Source of the DNA: Lama glama
Taxonomy: Eukaryota
Assembly (NCBI GenBank): GCA_028534125.1
Contig: CM052822.1
Location: forward strand, 78,244,001-78,308,000
DNA: 64,000 nucleotides
Reading direction: 5' to 3'
The notes beneath the pieces were generated by a model. The model was given only the letters and a program-made list of their open reading frames with translations, did no database searches and was not told where the DNA came from. Positions 1-13,059 of the stretch are shown one piece after another. The translations under genes were made by a program, and so were the position numbers. The number at the start of each line of letters is the position of its first letter. The stretch's first letter is position 1.

Positions 1-2124
1 TGCTAACCGCCCCGGAGAGGAGGCAGCGGGAACCACCTGGCACTGTGTTGCAGGGACCCTCCGCGTCTCGGGGGGGCCCGTCCAGGCCCCGCCCAGACAG
101 AGCGCGGGACACACATCACACACTTTCCACGAAAACGCAGCTGGGGTGTCAGAAGGGGGGGCTGCCGCAGCCACAGGCAGGCAACACTCATTTCATCTGA
201 CGTGACTATTTGCTCCGATGGTGAATAAAAACTGAATTTGTCACTATAGCAACTGCCTCATCGCAGGGCCCCTCTCCTGCCTTAAATCATGAGAAGTATT
301 GAAAAGACGTCCGTGGGCCCACGTGACGTGGACTTCACACGGCATCTGAGAAGGAAACGTCGCTTCACAATGAACTTGTATTTGTCACTATGCCGTGGGC
401 AGTTAATTACATCGAACACATTTTTGTGTGATTTTCTTCACTCCTGAGCAATAAGAAAATAGTATGAAGAGCAGCCAGGGCTGCGCTGGGGGTGCCGGGG
501 GGGTGCGGGGCTCCGGGGGCCGTCCAGCGACCGTCCACAGAGGGAGGTGACCACAGAAGCGCTGGAAGCCCAGTGGCCCCTGAGCTCTGACCTTTACCCA
601 CCGCTCAGTGCGGGGACCCCCAGAGCGGTCTGGACAGGCCCCTGAAAACGTTTCAGTGCATTTTCATGTGGGTTTCCCTTTCCAAACACAATTAGGAATA
701 TTTACAGGTAAGCAGGCCTTTCTTAGAGCTGATGTACTTTTTGCGTTTAGAAGAAAAAATACCAGTTTTCTCCGTCCAGAAACACAGACCAGAATAAAGT
801 ACGGCGACCACGCACACAGTGACAGTGCTGGGAGCCGGGCTCTGGGGCCGCCAGGCCTACGTGAACGGGCAGAGAGGCCCACGCGGCCAGGAGGGGGACG
901 CCCAGCTCCCTCACAGGCCCCAGGGCCCGTGGCCCCCAGCACAGATTCTGTCCCCAAGCCCTCCCACACCCCGGAGCTGAGAGGGCCTTGCGGGTGCGGA
1001 TGCCGCGAATCCCTGGACTGCCCGCGTCTGGGGTCCCAGACCTCCCTGGTCCGCTGGTGTCCACCTTCTGTCCTCCGGTCACAGCTGGCCTGTGGCTGGA
1101 TGGGAAGGGAGCCTTGGGACGGGGGAGGGCCAACCACATGCCCCTCTAAGGAGCCGCAAAGTCTTCACCACGGGTTCGGCCGGTCCTTGCAAACACGCCA
1201 GCAGCACCTCAGACGCAGCTTGTGGCCTCGTTCCCCAGGAGCCCCGCTGGCGCCGACATCTCTGGCTCACTCAGCAATGCGTGCTCGGATGCACTGCCTC
1301 CTTCAGCCAGTCCCGAGTCTGCTGCCTCTTCTCCCTCCTGACAAGACCACCTTGTCATGACCCCTCGTTGGCCCATCGCCGCACGGGACACCCTCCCCAC
1401 CCCTCCTGCTCCTCTGCTGCCCACACACCCAGGGCCCTTCCTGTTGAACTCCAAATACGGGTCTGGATCCCAACCCGGGACATTTTTAATTACTTACTAT
1501 GTCCTGCCCATGTACATGCAGTGTCATATACGACCTTCACAGAAGTGGGGCCAACTGGCTCCCGTCCCAGTTCAGTGACCCCCCTTCCTGGCCTCCTAGA
1601 CGCCTGCCCGCGATCCCTCCTCAGACGAAGCAGGTTCTTCACGGCGCATGCTTCCCCTGACAAACTCCCTGTCTGGAGAACGCCCAGTCTCACGGGAGCT
1701 CAGCCCACATCCCCACCTGTAGCCATAAACCTCACGGCCCTTCGTGGACGCCAAACCTCTTACCTCACCGACAGCCAATCAGAGGCTTGCACACAAGCCG
1801 CTGGAGCACCCCGTGGCCCCTCGGGACCTGTGTGACCCCCTAAGGAAAGACCTCAGCCACTGGCCCTCGGGGCGCACGCAGGCACCTGTCGGCTGCGCGG
1901 CCGCTGCTGCCTGTGGCAGCGTATCTGTTACGCCGCTTCTTAGCCTCTTAAATTTTCCCTTGTCTCTGGTACATGCACCGGCCGGCCGTATCCCCCAGCA
2001 ACCCAGGAGCCGCAGTGGCTCACGCGGCGGTGTGTCCTCGTGCGTCCTCACGTGTTTAAAGACGAGTATGTGCCCACTTCCTCTGGCTGCATGTTTTGTC
2101 TTTATTAAAATCGTGAAAACTGGT

Positions 2125-2310
2125 ATTGAAGATAACGTGACAAAGAACCACACACACTGAACCGACAGCCTCCTCCTGGTTTCGCTCTTTTCCTAGAATC
2201 ACGTGGGTGGAACCACTGGGGCAGACTCGGCGACGTGTACACAGGACATCTCTGTGCCGTCTTTACGACTTCCTCTGAATCTATAATGATTTCAGAAGCA
2301 AAGTTTAAAA
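2125..2310 (+). mobile_element. Ancient L1 (L1MC/L1MD-type) 3' end fragment
   Basis: gtacacaggacatctctgtgccgtctttacgacttcctctgaatctataatgatttca resembles the recalled L1M 3' terminus (...gggacctctctgtactatttttgcaacttcctgtgaatctataattatttc). Confidence 0.65.
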
Positions 2311-3339
2311 ATGGCATTAACAAAATTTCGGGAAAGGAGAAACCTCACTCAGAACCCCCAGCCCGTTCCAGGACGGGCCTCCCCCACACCTGGTCCTCCG
2401 TCCCGCGTCTGAGCGCAGAGCTCCCTGAGTTCAGGCTCGCCACAGCGACCTTCAGTGGAGCCCCCCGATTCTGTTACGTGATGACAGTGATGTGATTAGT
2501 GGCCCCCACTGGCTCGGTATCAGGGCAGTTCTGTTTTTCCCAAAGCCCGTGTCTTCGTCTTCCAGCCGTGAACGCTCCTCTTGAGCTAAGTTTCTGGGAG
2601 CACGATCACCGGGCTGAGGGGTGAGAGGGTTCACAGGCTGTGGCTTCTCACGGTCCTGCTGGTTTCTGAGAACTGGGCATTGAGTTTGAGCACCTCTGGT
2701 CTTTACTAAAGAAACCGAGACTGTCACCTGTGAGCCACCTCTGTCACCGCCTCAGGGACGAGGCTCTGGACTAGACTCTGGGGGGAGGTTAGGGTGTCTG
2801 CCGGCTCCTCACTCGGGTCCACTTGTCCCCCGCCTCCCCGCACGGGGCTTCCTGTCTCGGCGCAAACTCCCTTTGGCCGCAGAGCCGCACGGAGCCGCGC
2901 GCAGTGCTTCAGGTCGGGGCTGCACCACCTGCGGGCCCTGCCCGAACACCTGCAGGAATTTACTGAGTGCGACGAAGGCAGGTGCCCCTTCCACCCACCG
3001 CGTGAAAAGGGACACTTGTGGGCTGGACCACGCCCCCTCGACCTGACGACCACGGGGAGCTCTGCCCCGGTTCCCCCAGGGGGTTTACCGTGGTGCCTCC
3101 TTCACTTTGGAAAGGCCCCTCGACACCAGGTCATTCCTGAGTCCATGCGACTGCAAATGGGCATCTGGGGACCTGGCGGGACACTGGCTCGGCCTGAGCA
3201 TCCCTGTGACTCGGGCCATCACCGCCTGCATTTCTGCCCCCGGCCTGGCCCACGTCTGCTCGTAACACCCAGCTCCTCTCAGGGGCTCCCGAGACCACTG
3301 GACTCAGGTTTTGATGAAGCCGTTTAGAGTAGTGGCTTT

Positions 3340-3572
3340 GGGGTGGGGAGGGTTAAATCTGGGAGTCTGAGGTTTGCAAAGGTTAACCACTGTGCATAAA
3401 ACAGATGAAAAACAAACCTCTTCTGTAGAGCACAGAGAACTACATCCAGTATCTTACAACCACCTTCAATGAAAGAGAACTGAAAGCGTGTATGTGTGTG
3501 TACATGCATGACGGGGACACTGGGCTGCACGCCGGAAACCAACACACGGTAACCGACTGCACTTCAGTAAAA
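3340..3572 (+). mobile_element. Lineage (camelid/artiodactyl-type) L1 3' UTR fragment
   Basis: ggggagggttaaatctgggagtctgaggtttgcaaa...ttctgtagagcacagagaactacatccagtatctt...ctgcacgccggaaaccaacacacggtaaccgactgcacttcagtaaaa matches the recalled artiodactyl L1 3' end. Confidence 0.8.
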
Positions 3573-6500
3573 GATGAATAACCAGGGTGCGGAGCAGCGG
3601 CTTCTCCCCCGCCAGACGGGCAATGACCAAGTGGTGCCTGGGGAACACCCGTCCTGCATCCCTGTCCCACCCGCTGGGCCTCCAGGTGACGACCGTTGGG
3701 GACGCGCACGCCCGCCAGCACACACCTCACATAACGAGGTCACTTCATTCCTGGAGGAGGAACAGACTGGAGACTCGAGACTCTTAGGGGACTTTGGGGC
3801 TCGGCACAGTCTTGGCCACAAAATCCTTTCCTTGCACAGAGAAACCCACAGCCCAAAAGTGACAGAGGCAGGGGCGGACCTGGTTAAACCGGGGAGTGGA
3901 CAGCGTGCGGGGCTGGCTCCGAGCCCTCCTGCCCTCCCCCAGCTAAACTCCCGAACCCGGGGCCCTTTGAAGTATCTGAGAACCACGTCTGACATCACAC
4001 TGCACTGGTGATGGGTCCTGGACATGCTGCCCCCAATGTGGCACCATTCTGGGCCGAAGGTCCCTCCTTCCTGCCCACCCTTCTCCCCGGAGCAGATGTA
4101 GGACCCTCATGGGAGAGGTGCCCCCTGAACCTGGAGGAAAGGACCTCCTTATCTCTGAGAAGATTCTGGGCAAACAGACCCCCCGCCCCCGTTTGCTGCA
4201 GACCCAGCGTTTCTCCAAGGCCACCCCGCCCTTACCATCCCCAGCACGAAGGCTCCGTGTGCCCACCAGGGACCTTCACCTCCAGGCCCGCACGCCCCCC
4301 AGTCACACAAAACAGCAAATAGAGGTGGTGCTTTGCCCTTGTTCATCTGTCTTGGCCAGATTAATTTTCAGAGCCAATCAGCAGCCCTACAAGGCTCCGG
4401 GAACACTTTCTCCTCCCTCTTCCAGAATCTGAGCGGGCGGCCCCTCCCTCCTGCCTGAGCCTGCGGTGAGGGGCTCGTCACCGCCACCGCCGAGGTGGAG
4501 CCCTCCCTGCGCTGAGCCCCAGGGCCGCCGCTCCTCCCACTGAGCTGCTGGGCAGGTCCATGGCACCGTGTCTGTCACACTGATGAGAAACCAGGACGTG
4601 ACTGGTTTCAGACACACTTACGGAGCCACACTCGCGAGTCTGCTCTCCTGGTGACACCGCCTCAATTACTTCTCTTCCAAATATTTGAGTTTTTCTTTGT
4701 AATGTTATAATTTTCCTTTGGAAGACACGTGACTTTATTAATTTGAAAAAATGAGAACACTTTCAAGATATCGGAAATTAGATTTTGAAACACGTCAAAA
4801 TACCACCGATCTATCAGGAACTGTAATCTGTTCATTTCCTTTAGATTTTGTTTTGAGACGTTTCCATTTGGCTTAAAAGGTTTTAATGCCGCTATCTGTC
4901 ATCACACGCTGAGTCCCAAGCACCAGGGAGAGACCCTGTGGATGCTGCCAGACTTCTAGCAGAGACCGAGCTTACCTTCCAGAGTCAGGAATTAGCAGAG
5001 ACATTCATACCAAATGCATTTCAAAAAAAAAAAAATCAGAAACATCAAAATCAGGCTCAGTCCTGCACAAGGCTATGAAAATCAGAGAAAGGACTACTGT
5101 TAGCTTTTTAAAGACATTGCAACTTGCCCCTCTACTCCCATTTTCACTTCCCCAAACCTGCTCCAAATGCACGGACGCCTCTTGTCTCTGTCCAGACTGG
5201 AGACCGGTCAGAAGAAGCTACGTGGAATGTGGGAACCTGGGCTTGAGAACCATCAGGATGACCTCAGACAACTTCAAAGGTGAGAGCAATACTGCCTTTG
5301 AAATGCAACACTGCCATGTGGAAAAGGACAGGGGGCGGAGAGCCGGTCTCCAGATATTTGTGGGTCCAGGGAACCTCTGGGGACCCCTCACTGTCAGGGA
5401 GAGCCAGGGCTGGGCGAGCCTCTCACCGCCACGCTTCCATTAGTGGATGAAATAAATGGGCTGCGGTTTGGTCCTTGTCTGCCCCCGGGGAGGGTGAGGT
5501 CAGGCTTCTGGCCACTTGGGGCCAGAGAGGAAGCAGAGGAGACTGGACGAGGACGCAGGGGCCGTGCAGTGGGTGTGGGGGGGTCTGCCCTGCCCTGCGC
5601 ACTCCCCCAGCAGCCCACCGGTCTAGGCAGAACCTCCGCGCCCGCACGCAAGAAGGGCAGGCACCCGGAACAGTGACCCTCCGCGGTTAAGAGACGGCGG
5701 GCAAGCCGGCGTCACGAGTCGGGTCCTCCCAGGTCCCAGACGGCACTTCCCCAGCTGAAGCGACACCGTCTCCACCCAGGAGCCGGGAGCCTGGGCGGAG
5801 CCAGGCTGTGGCAGGACGCCCAGAGCCCGGCACTGCCCCGGCTGGGTCCACACCTGGCAGGTCTCCAGGGACAGACGTGCAGGGGCTGGTGTCTGCGCGT
5901 GTGTGGATCACAGTGAACCGGCTGGGGCTGGAGGTGTGACCTGGGGTCATCACCGTACACGTAACATAAAACCCCGAGGCCTGGGTGAGCTCCCTCGGGG
6001 GCGAGGGAGGAATCAGGAATAGGATCCAATGATGGGGGGGGGTGTCTCAGCACAACCGACCTCAGAAAGGAGGCCAGTCAGCAACTCCGGGAGGGCAGGG
6101 AATCTGCGCGCAGGAAGTGACTCTGGTGCCGGGAGCTGAGGCCCTGGGGACGCCCTGAACGGTAGGACCAGGCCTGGTGGGTGTCAGGAGAAGCCGCGGG
6201 GTGCGGACACAGTCTGGGAGAAGTCTTTCTGTGAAGGTGGCGGGTGAGAAGGCCTGGCTGGGGAGAGACTGGTGTCCAGGCGGCTGAGCACCTTACTGAG
6301 GTGGGAAATACTGCAGCAGATCTGTGTGCCGACATTACTCAGCCAGAAGGACGGAGCAGCGATGGCACAGGAGAGAGAGGGGGCCCGACCGGGTGGCAGG
6401 AGGCGGCCCCAAAGCGAGGTGGGAGCAGGCGCCTCGCCCCAGGCCAGGGGCCCCAGTGTTCACTGGGCAGCGGTCCGATGAGGGAGGGGCAGGGCCTCCG

Positions 6501-8109
6501 CGCAGTGAAACAGGCGTCTGCGTCACAGACGGGATGACCACGCATGCACGCGCAGGGCGGCTGCCTGGGTGAGGAGACCTGACCTCCGCGGTTATGGCTT
6601 TCGAGTGAGACGATCAGCAGAGCGAGGAGATGACGCGAGGACGGCCAGTGGGGCGGGCACAGGAGGACCCACTGCTGGTCCTGCCCCTCCCCGCCCCTCC
6701 AGCCCTTCCACAGACACGGTGGGCCCAGCCCAGCCCGCTGTCCCTGTGTGGCCGGAACTCCGCCCAGGGGGGGCGGATTCTCAGCACCAGAGCATCCTCT
6801 GACTGGGCCGCCCTGATGGCCTCACCCCAAGCCAGTCTGGATGCGTTCCCAGTCTCTGGACACCACGTGGCACCAAACAGGATCCCACTGGACGGGGCTG
6901 AGGGGGCAGGAGAAGAGGGGCTGAGGATCTGAGCCCTCCATCCCGGGCGCGGGTCCTCACAGCCACCTGGCCCTTCCCACCACTGTCCCCGCACCTCCAC
7001 GGGTACACATGGTCTTGGGGCCCCACAGACCCCTCGGCCTCTCCCCACCCTCACGGGTTGCTAAAGTCACACACAGCGCATTTTGGGTTTCGGCCGGAAA
7101 AGACCAGGATGCCCTCCGCTGCCAAACCGTTCATCAGGCCGGCCCTCCCCACGCTGACGCGTCTCTGCGGTCTCCGGTCTCCTGCCTGCGCTTGGCAAGG
7201 AGCCCCCGCCCCTACTTGCCAGGCAGGGAGCCTCCGTCTAACAAGAACCGGCGGTTGAGTGAGTTCTCATTTCAGGAGCCAGACTCACAGCCACTGAACA
7301 AGGGCTTCCCCAGGAGAGGAAGACAGTGGCCGATCTCCGAGTGGCTCCGGGAGGAACCTGCTGCGGGCCAGGAGCGCCGTGAACAAGCGCACTTCATGTT
7401 AATTAACCGCCAGGCCGTAAAGCCGAGCCCTGCAGACGCGGCGCAGGTCGGTTTCGGGCCGCGCTGACTTCCGAGTGGCCGCACACCGCCCCTGAGAGGG
7501 AGCACGCCCGCCCGCGTGAGTGCAACTCACCGCGGGGCCCGAGACCGGGCACCCGCGTACCGGGTCCCTGGGGCTCAGCGCCGTCAGCCCTCACTGCTGA
7601 CGGGGCGTTTGGCCAAGGGCCCCCTTCTGACGCCCGCACAGCAGCGTCAGGACAAGGCCCTGGATTCGCCGCAGAGACACTCTCCTTGCACGCTGCCCCC
7701 ACCCCACACACGTCTTTAACAAGGAAGATACAAGTGCCCCCCCGGCCCCAGAGAAGAGCCATTTCTCTCGGCTACAAACTCAGCAACTGTGGACCATCTG
7801 AAGAAGGAAGTACAGGTTTCCAAAAGTTCCAACCTTTCCTTAGCCACAACTGTTGTTTCTCAGGGAGACACCAAATTGCAATTTCAAAGGTAACCAAAAC
7901 CAAAACTGTCCAATTAGCCAGGCATCGTGGAATGGCATCTCAGCCAATGGGAGGACCGGCCTGGCCCCAGCCAGCGGCTCCTCTGCTAACGCAGCATGAC
8001 GTCGCGTGGACAGACCCTCCCACTGTCCCCCGGCCGGTGCTCGCCTGGCCTCTCCCCCGAGACCACACGGCCGCCTGGGTGTCTCAGCAGACAGCCTGCA
8101 GCTACTCAC

Positions 8110-8174
8110 CGAGCCGACTCCCGTCTGAAGGATCTTCAGTCCTGACACTTCTTCCAGTTTCTCCTTGTTGTCAG
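8110..8174 (-). CDS. PTPRN2: PTPRN2 (phogrin / IA-2beta) internal coding exon, 65 nt, C-terminal end of the mature ectodomain (human exon 12 equivalent, numbering from memory)
   Basis: Minus strand: branch point CTGAC (8202-8206) and pyrimidine tract ctcttgcttcttaatttctcctaacag|CTGACAACAAGGAG...GTCGGCTCG|gtgagt. Only the phase-1 frame is open: (x)[21 protein letters not shown]. This matches the recalled human PTPRN2 peptide [22 protein letters not shown], which precedes KSKLKFLPP and the TM helix. Confidence 0.95.
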
Positions 8175-10384
8175 CTGTTAGGAGAAATTAAGAAGCAAGA
8201 GGTCAGCTTGGAGAGGCAACGTTCTCAAGACACCCGGAGCGCTCCCTCTCTGGACACGTTCCAGGAAGGCCCCGCTCGGACCACTGATCCCATCAGTGCC
8301 GTGGACGAGCCTGGGTGGAAGGCTCCCACCGAGGGGCCAGTGGATGTGTGCCCCCAGCTCTGCCCATAAAACGTCGTCTCAGGAAAGTCACAGCACCCTT
8401 GGGAAGCCTGGGTGAGAAGCTGTGGGCAGACCTGCTTTGCAGACTGCGAAGTCTGATTTTAGGACGACGTGAAGGTTGTTAACTATAATCACTGGGAAAC
8501 AGGTTCTATTAACGAGCATTCCGTGTCCACAGAACGGCTCAGTAGCAGGCAAGACTGAGTGGTGCCTCCGTCCCGTTAGCTCTGGGAGCTGCTTCATTTA
8601 TTCCCTCTTATTCCTGCCCCTACAAGACACATCCTGCGACCATTTAGCTCCGGTGCCATCCTCAGCCTGGCCTGCTCCTGACTTCGGATGAGGAAGACTT
8701 TCAGAGAACGCGTCACGCTCCGTATCAGCCCAGGCGGGGTGAGCCCTAGAAACAGCCAGCAGTCGGAGCGAGAGCGCAGCTAACTCTGGGGCCCGCACCG
8801 CAAACCCCCAGACCCCTCCTGGAGAAGAAGCCGTGTCACAGAGCGACTGGCCGTGGCTTACGATTCTGTGGAAATATTCCTCTGGATAAAGTCCCGTTGT
8901 TTTGGAAATGAAAACCAGAAAGAAACGGAATTTTATTGCAAACCTTAAGAATGAAGAGTGCCTTGCAATTGTGATTAATGCAGAATGAGAGAGCAAGAAA
9001 ACAGAAATTACTTTCACCCCTTATTGTAAAACGCCCACGTTAGTCCTGGAGACGACACTGCACCTGTTCCAAGGACACACCCCAGGCCCTGCTGCAGCCG
9101 GCCTCCCCTGCCTCTGGGGCCCTCCCACCATCTCCCCTGGACGGAGGAACGCCACTTCCACATGTGGGCAGTCGTGTGGGCACTGAGAGGGGCAGACCCC
9201 CGGCCCGGGGTCGGAGCAGCAGCACTTTAAGGGGCTCTGAGCTGGGTGGCGGCGCCGAGGGGGCAGGGAGGGGCGGTGGCCCCAAAGTAAACCCTGGTGG
9301 AGGGGAATATTCTGTAAGAGGCAGAGCACAAAGCAATTGATTTTAATGTTCTCTCGCGAACAAAGGAGACACTTGGCTGAATGACAGGCCACTCTGGGGG
9401 GATAACAACGAGTCTTCGGCGGACTGAGGAGCACAGAGCACATAAAGACGGGAATTAAAAATACTCCATTTATTGCCTCAGAGAAGTAACAGACAGTTCA
9501 GGCTCCGAATGAACAAACCAGCCTGGCAACACTTCCGCAGGTCACCCAGTCCAGGGGCAGCGAACGTCCTTCCAAGAAACGGCCAGCTTGGCCACCGCGG
9601 GTCTCGACCCGGCTGTGGGGACAGTACTAAGGAAGAGGGACAGGTCTGGCTGTGTTCCAGCAAAACCTTCTCCACCAAGCAGGGGGGCCCGGGGTGACCA
9701 CAGGCCGTGCCCACTGGCCCACAAGTCCACCCCCACACCAGGCGGCAGGTGCGACGCTGGCCGTTCTGCACCTGAGCACCTCCCGGGTCACCTGTCTGGG
9801 GGGAGAGTCAGTGTCAGCATAGCTTCCAGGTTCCTCTGTCCCCCCACCAACACCTCAACCAGGCCCGGGCAGGTACCTCCCCAGGCCCTCAGCCCTTTCC
9901 CTCCAGAAACCCACCCGACCCCTCCCCTCCGTGAACACAGGACCGTCTCAGAGCTGCCAGGTGCGGGGAGACCTTTCCAGCAAAACCACGTCCTTGTCCT
10001 CACATGTGACCAGGGCAGGCTCGCGCAGCCCCAAGTGGGACGGGGCGAGGGGAGTGGGGGAGGGGGTCTCAGCAGAGGCGGCATTCCCCCGCCCCGGGGG
10101 GGGGGGGGACATGACCTCAGCGCACAGAGAACCACAGAACATAGTGGACGACCGGCTGGGTATCTAAGCCTTTGTTTCTGACATAATTAATTGCAAGTGT
10201 GTGGAATTTAATTTTTCATAATGACTGCGTTTAATCACTGGTTCAAAACGTTCTTGGAAAAGTGAACATGATCTCTGGGGAGCCAGTCCCAACTGGCTCC
10301 AGCCCTGTCTGGACGGCACTTTGTGACCAAAGTTTAGGTCTTAACCCGCCATGCTTCCTCGATGCTAAGGTGTGCGTGTCCCCA

Positions 10385-10482
10385 GGAGGAGGAATCCGGG
10401 TCGGCGGTAGTGCACGCGCCTAGCGCGCATGAGGTCCTGGGTTCCATCCCAGTACCTCCACTAAATAAACAATAAAACAAAA
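10385..10482 (+). mobile_element. Vic-1-like camelid tRNA-derived SINE
   Basis: ggtagtgcacgcgcctagcgcgcatgaggtcctgggttccatcccagtacctcca plus an A-rich tail. Degenerate target-site duplication TGTGCGTGTCCCCA (10371-10384) / TGTGTGTTTCCCCA (10483-10496). Confidence 0.85.
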
Positions 10483-13059
10483 TGTGTGTTTCCCCAAGGG
10501 GCCCCTTGGCCTTTGCGCCCACGCCCTCAGGGGCCATGGCAAAAAAACACGCATCATCGCTTCTACTGGAAAATCTCCCAGGGCACCTTCTGACAAGCTC
10601 CAGAAACTTCTGGAAGGGGCATCCACCTCCATTGTCGCTAGAGTGACAGTGCCCCGTGGGGTTCTTCCGGAGCCCGTCTCCTGCTCCTGGCGGAGAAGTC
10701 TCCGTGGAGACGCGATGGGCTTTCCCAACACACCCGCGAGGCGCCTTGGCGGCCGGGGCCTGCACCGTCTCTGGGACTCACACCGATGCCTCGCGGTTTT
10801 GCGCTCCTTTGTGACCTTCTCGGTTGGGCATCAGGCCCCTTCCAGCAGTGCCTGCTTGCTCTGTATTTAATGTAACTTTTTGTTCCTTGAAATGTCTCGT
10901 TGGTGGGGGTAGCAGACAGACACCCAGTGGTGCCTTTTCTCCAGCGCGTGTACAAGGCACACAACTCCCCCTCAGCACAGCCCTTCTGGGGTTTCTGTTC
11001 ACTTGCATTTGTTTGTTGGCACTCACACCGACCCACAAGAGAAACCGGCCCAGCGCTCTTCAGCGTGCTCTGCCGTCCTCAGGACATCCCGGAGCCCTGC
11101 TCAGCGCTGTTTCCACATGCTGTCATTTTGTGTGTTCCCTCGCAGGGTTCCCTACATGGCTGCACGGGTTCCTGCCCCTGCGTCTCTCCCGCGGAACCAA
11201 ACCGCCACAGAACGTGATCCGTGTGCTCCTAGACTGTGTCCCTCATACGGACGGCACCTCTAACAGGCGTTCAGACCTGGCTCAGAGGCACCCCCACACC
11301 TCCGAGCACCCCCCCGCAACACACCTTCTCTCTGGAAACACGTGTTAAGTTCAGCACCACCTCCACCTGGGTGCAAAATTCTCCCATTTTTTTTTTCAGG
11401 CTTTGAGGAAGCATTTTGAGGGGGAAAGAAAAGCCTTTCATTGGCCAGATGTTCTGTCTGAGTTACTTCCATGGCCAAACATGGACCCTGAGCTGGTGGG
11501 CGTGAGCCGCCGGCAGGCCAGGACGCAGAGACCCCGGGAGAAGCTGCTTTAATAAAGGCAAGAACAATGCATAAAGCCCACTCTTATCTTCACTGGAGAC
11601 AAAAAGGGTTTCCAAACACAAAAAGAAGTCCTTTAAAATTAAATTCACTAGATGAAGGATATGCAAATTACCTGGAGAAGCAGAACCCTACAATGTTCTC
11701 AACATTCTGCAATAGCCTATTTAATTAGTATTTTAATTTATCAGAATAATTCTTCGCACTTGACAATGTATGCAGCATTCCATATAATTAAGCACGTAGC
11801 GACAGTGGAATAATTTTGCCTCTTTCTTTATCCTCGTGATTTTAACCTGAAAGGATGAGCAGAAGTCCCTTCTGAGACCTAAATTGCGACGGGACGACTT
11901 AATGCTGGGCCGCGCTAGCAAGCCCGAGGGCGGCAAGCAGGGCTGCGGGAGGCGGCAGACGCCAGGGGGGCTGGACGCCTGCAGGAGAGGGCGGGGCGGT
12001 TTCTGGCGAGCCACAAGTCCTGCTCCCGGGGGAACATCCGTACCTGCTTCCACCTTAGGAGAAACGCTGCGCTCGGCCACCTGCTTACACCCAGAGGCGT
12101 CTGTGGAAGCAGACAGGCTGGACGTCTGGGGGCTGCTGGTTAGACCCACCAGCCCTCCTTGCCCTGAGCCGGCCTCACGGAAACCCGCACGGCCACCAGC
12201 AACCTTCCCTTTCCATCACCGGGAAGTGACTCGACCTTTCCTTAGAGATGCCCCACGTGGAACCTGTCCGGCTGAGGTCAGTCCTGGGAGGGAGCAGATT
12301 TGGGAGAAAGTTGACCTCGATGCTCCGGGTGCCCAGCCCCCACAGTGCCCAGGCCATCTCGCCCACACCTCCCCTTTTCTGTGTCAGGGCCAAGGGGGTT
12401 TTCAGAGCCAGGGCCCAGGTGAATAGTGGTCCTTCCAGGACCAGAGGTGAGCCGTTGACACCTGACCTGGAGCTGGGCAGGGGGTCCCTGGGCTGCAGCC
12501 CCACTTAGTCTCAGTCTCACTGAGACTGACCCCTCCACCCCCCCGCCCCGGGGCCAGGCACTTGGGCAGTTGGTCCCGCCGCAGACCCGCTGGGTGAGGG
12601 ACAGGACCACAGCAGGACCGCAGGGGTAGGCGCCTGCTTCTGTGGTCTTCTCCACCGGCCACCAGGACACGCCTGGTGGGGAGGGTCCCCACATCTGGCC
12701 TCCTGTCCTCTGGACAACAGGCTGCTGCCACCTAAGGCCACAAGGGCTTGAGACGGGAGGGGCTGGGGGTCTGAGCCTCAGGAGCGCTGGGCGGGGGTAA
12801 GACACAAGTTAATTAACTTGTCAAGCCTGCTTCTCAGCTGGAAAGCAAAGGATTCCTGGCTCGAGAGGCCCCCTTTCCCAGCAGTGCTGAGCGTCCACCC
12901 CGGCCTATCTTCGCATTTTGGTTTGCGGTCCTGCAGGCTTTCCTGGATGACTGTGGACCTGCGGCAGCCACACACGGTGGCCCAGGAGCATTCTGCACCC
13001 AGAACAACGTCCACTAGTTACCAGTTCTCCTGGACGTCAGGTTAGACACCGTGTCACGA

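Larger units (their letters stand above)
1..8109 (-). other. PTPRN2: PTPRN2 intron downstream of the 65-nt exon (phase 0; intron 12 equivalent), continuing beyond the window
   Basis: Begins with donor GTGAGT at 8109-8104. The next (transmembrane) exon is not present in 1-8109. Confidence 0.85.
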
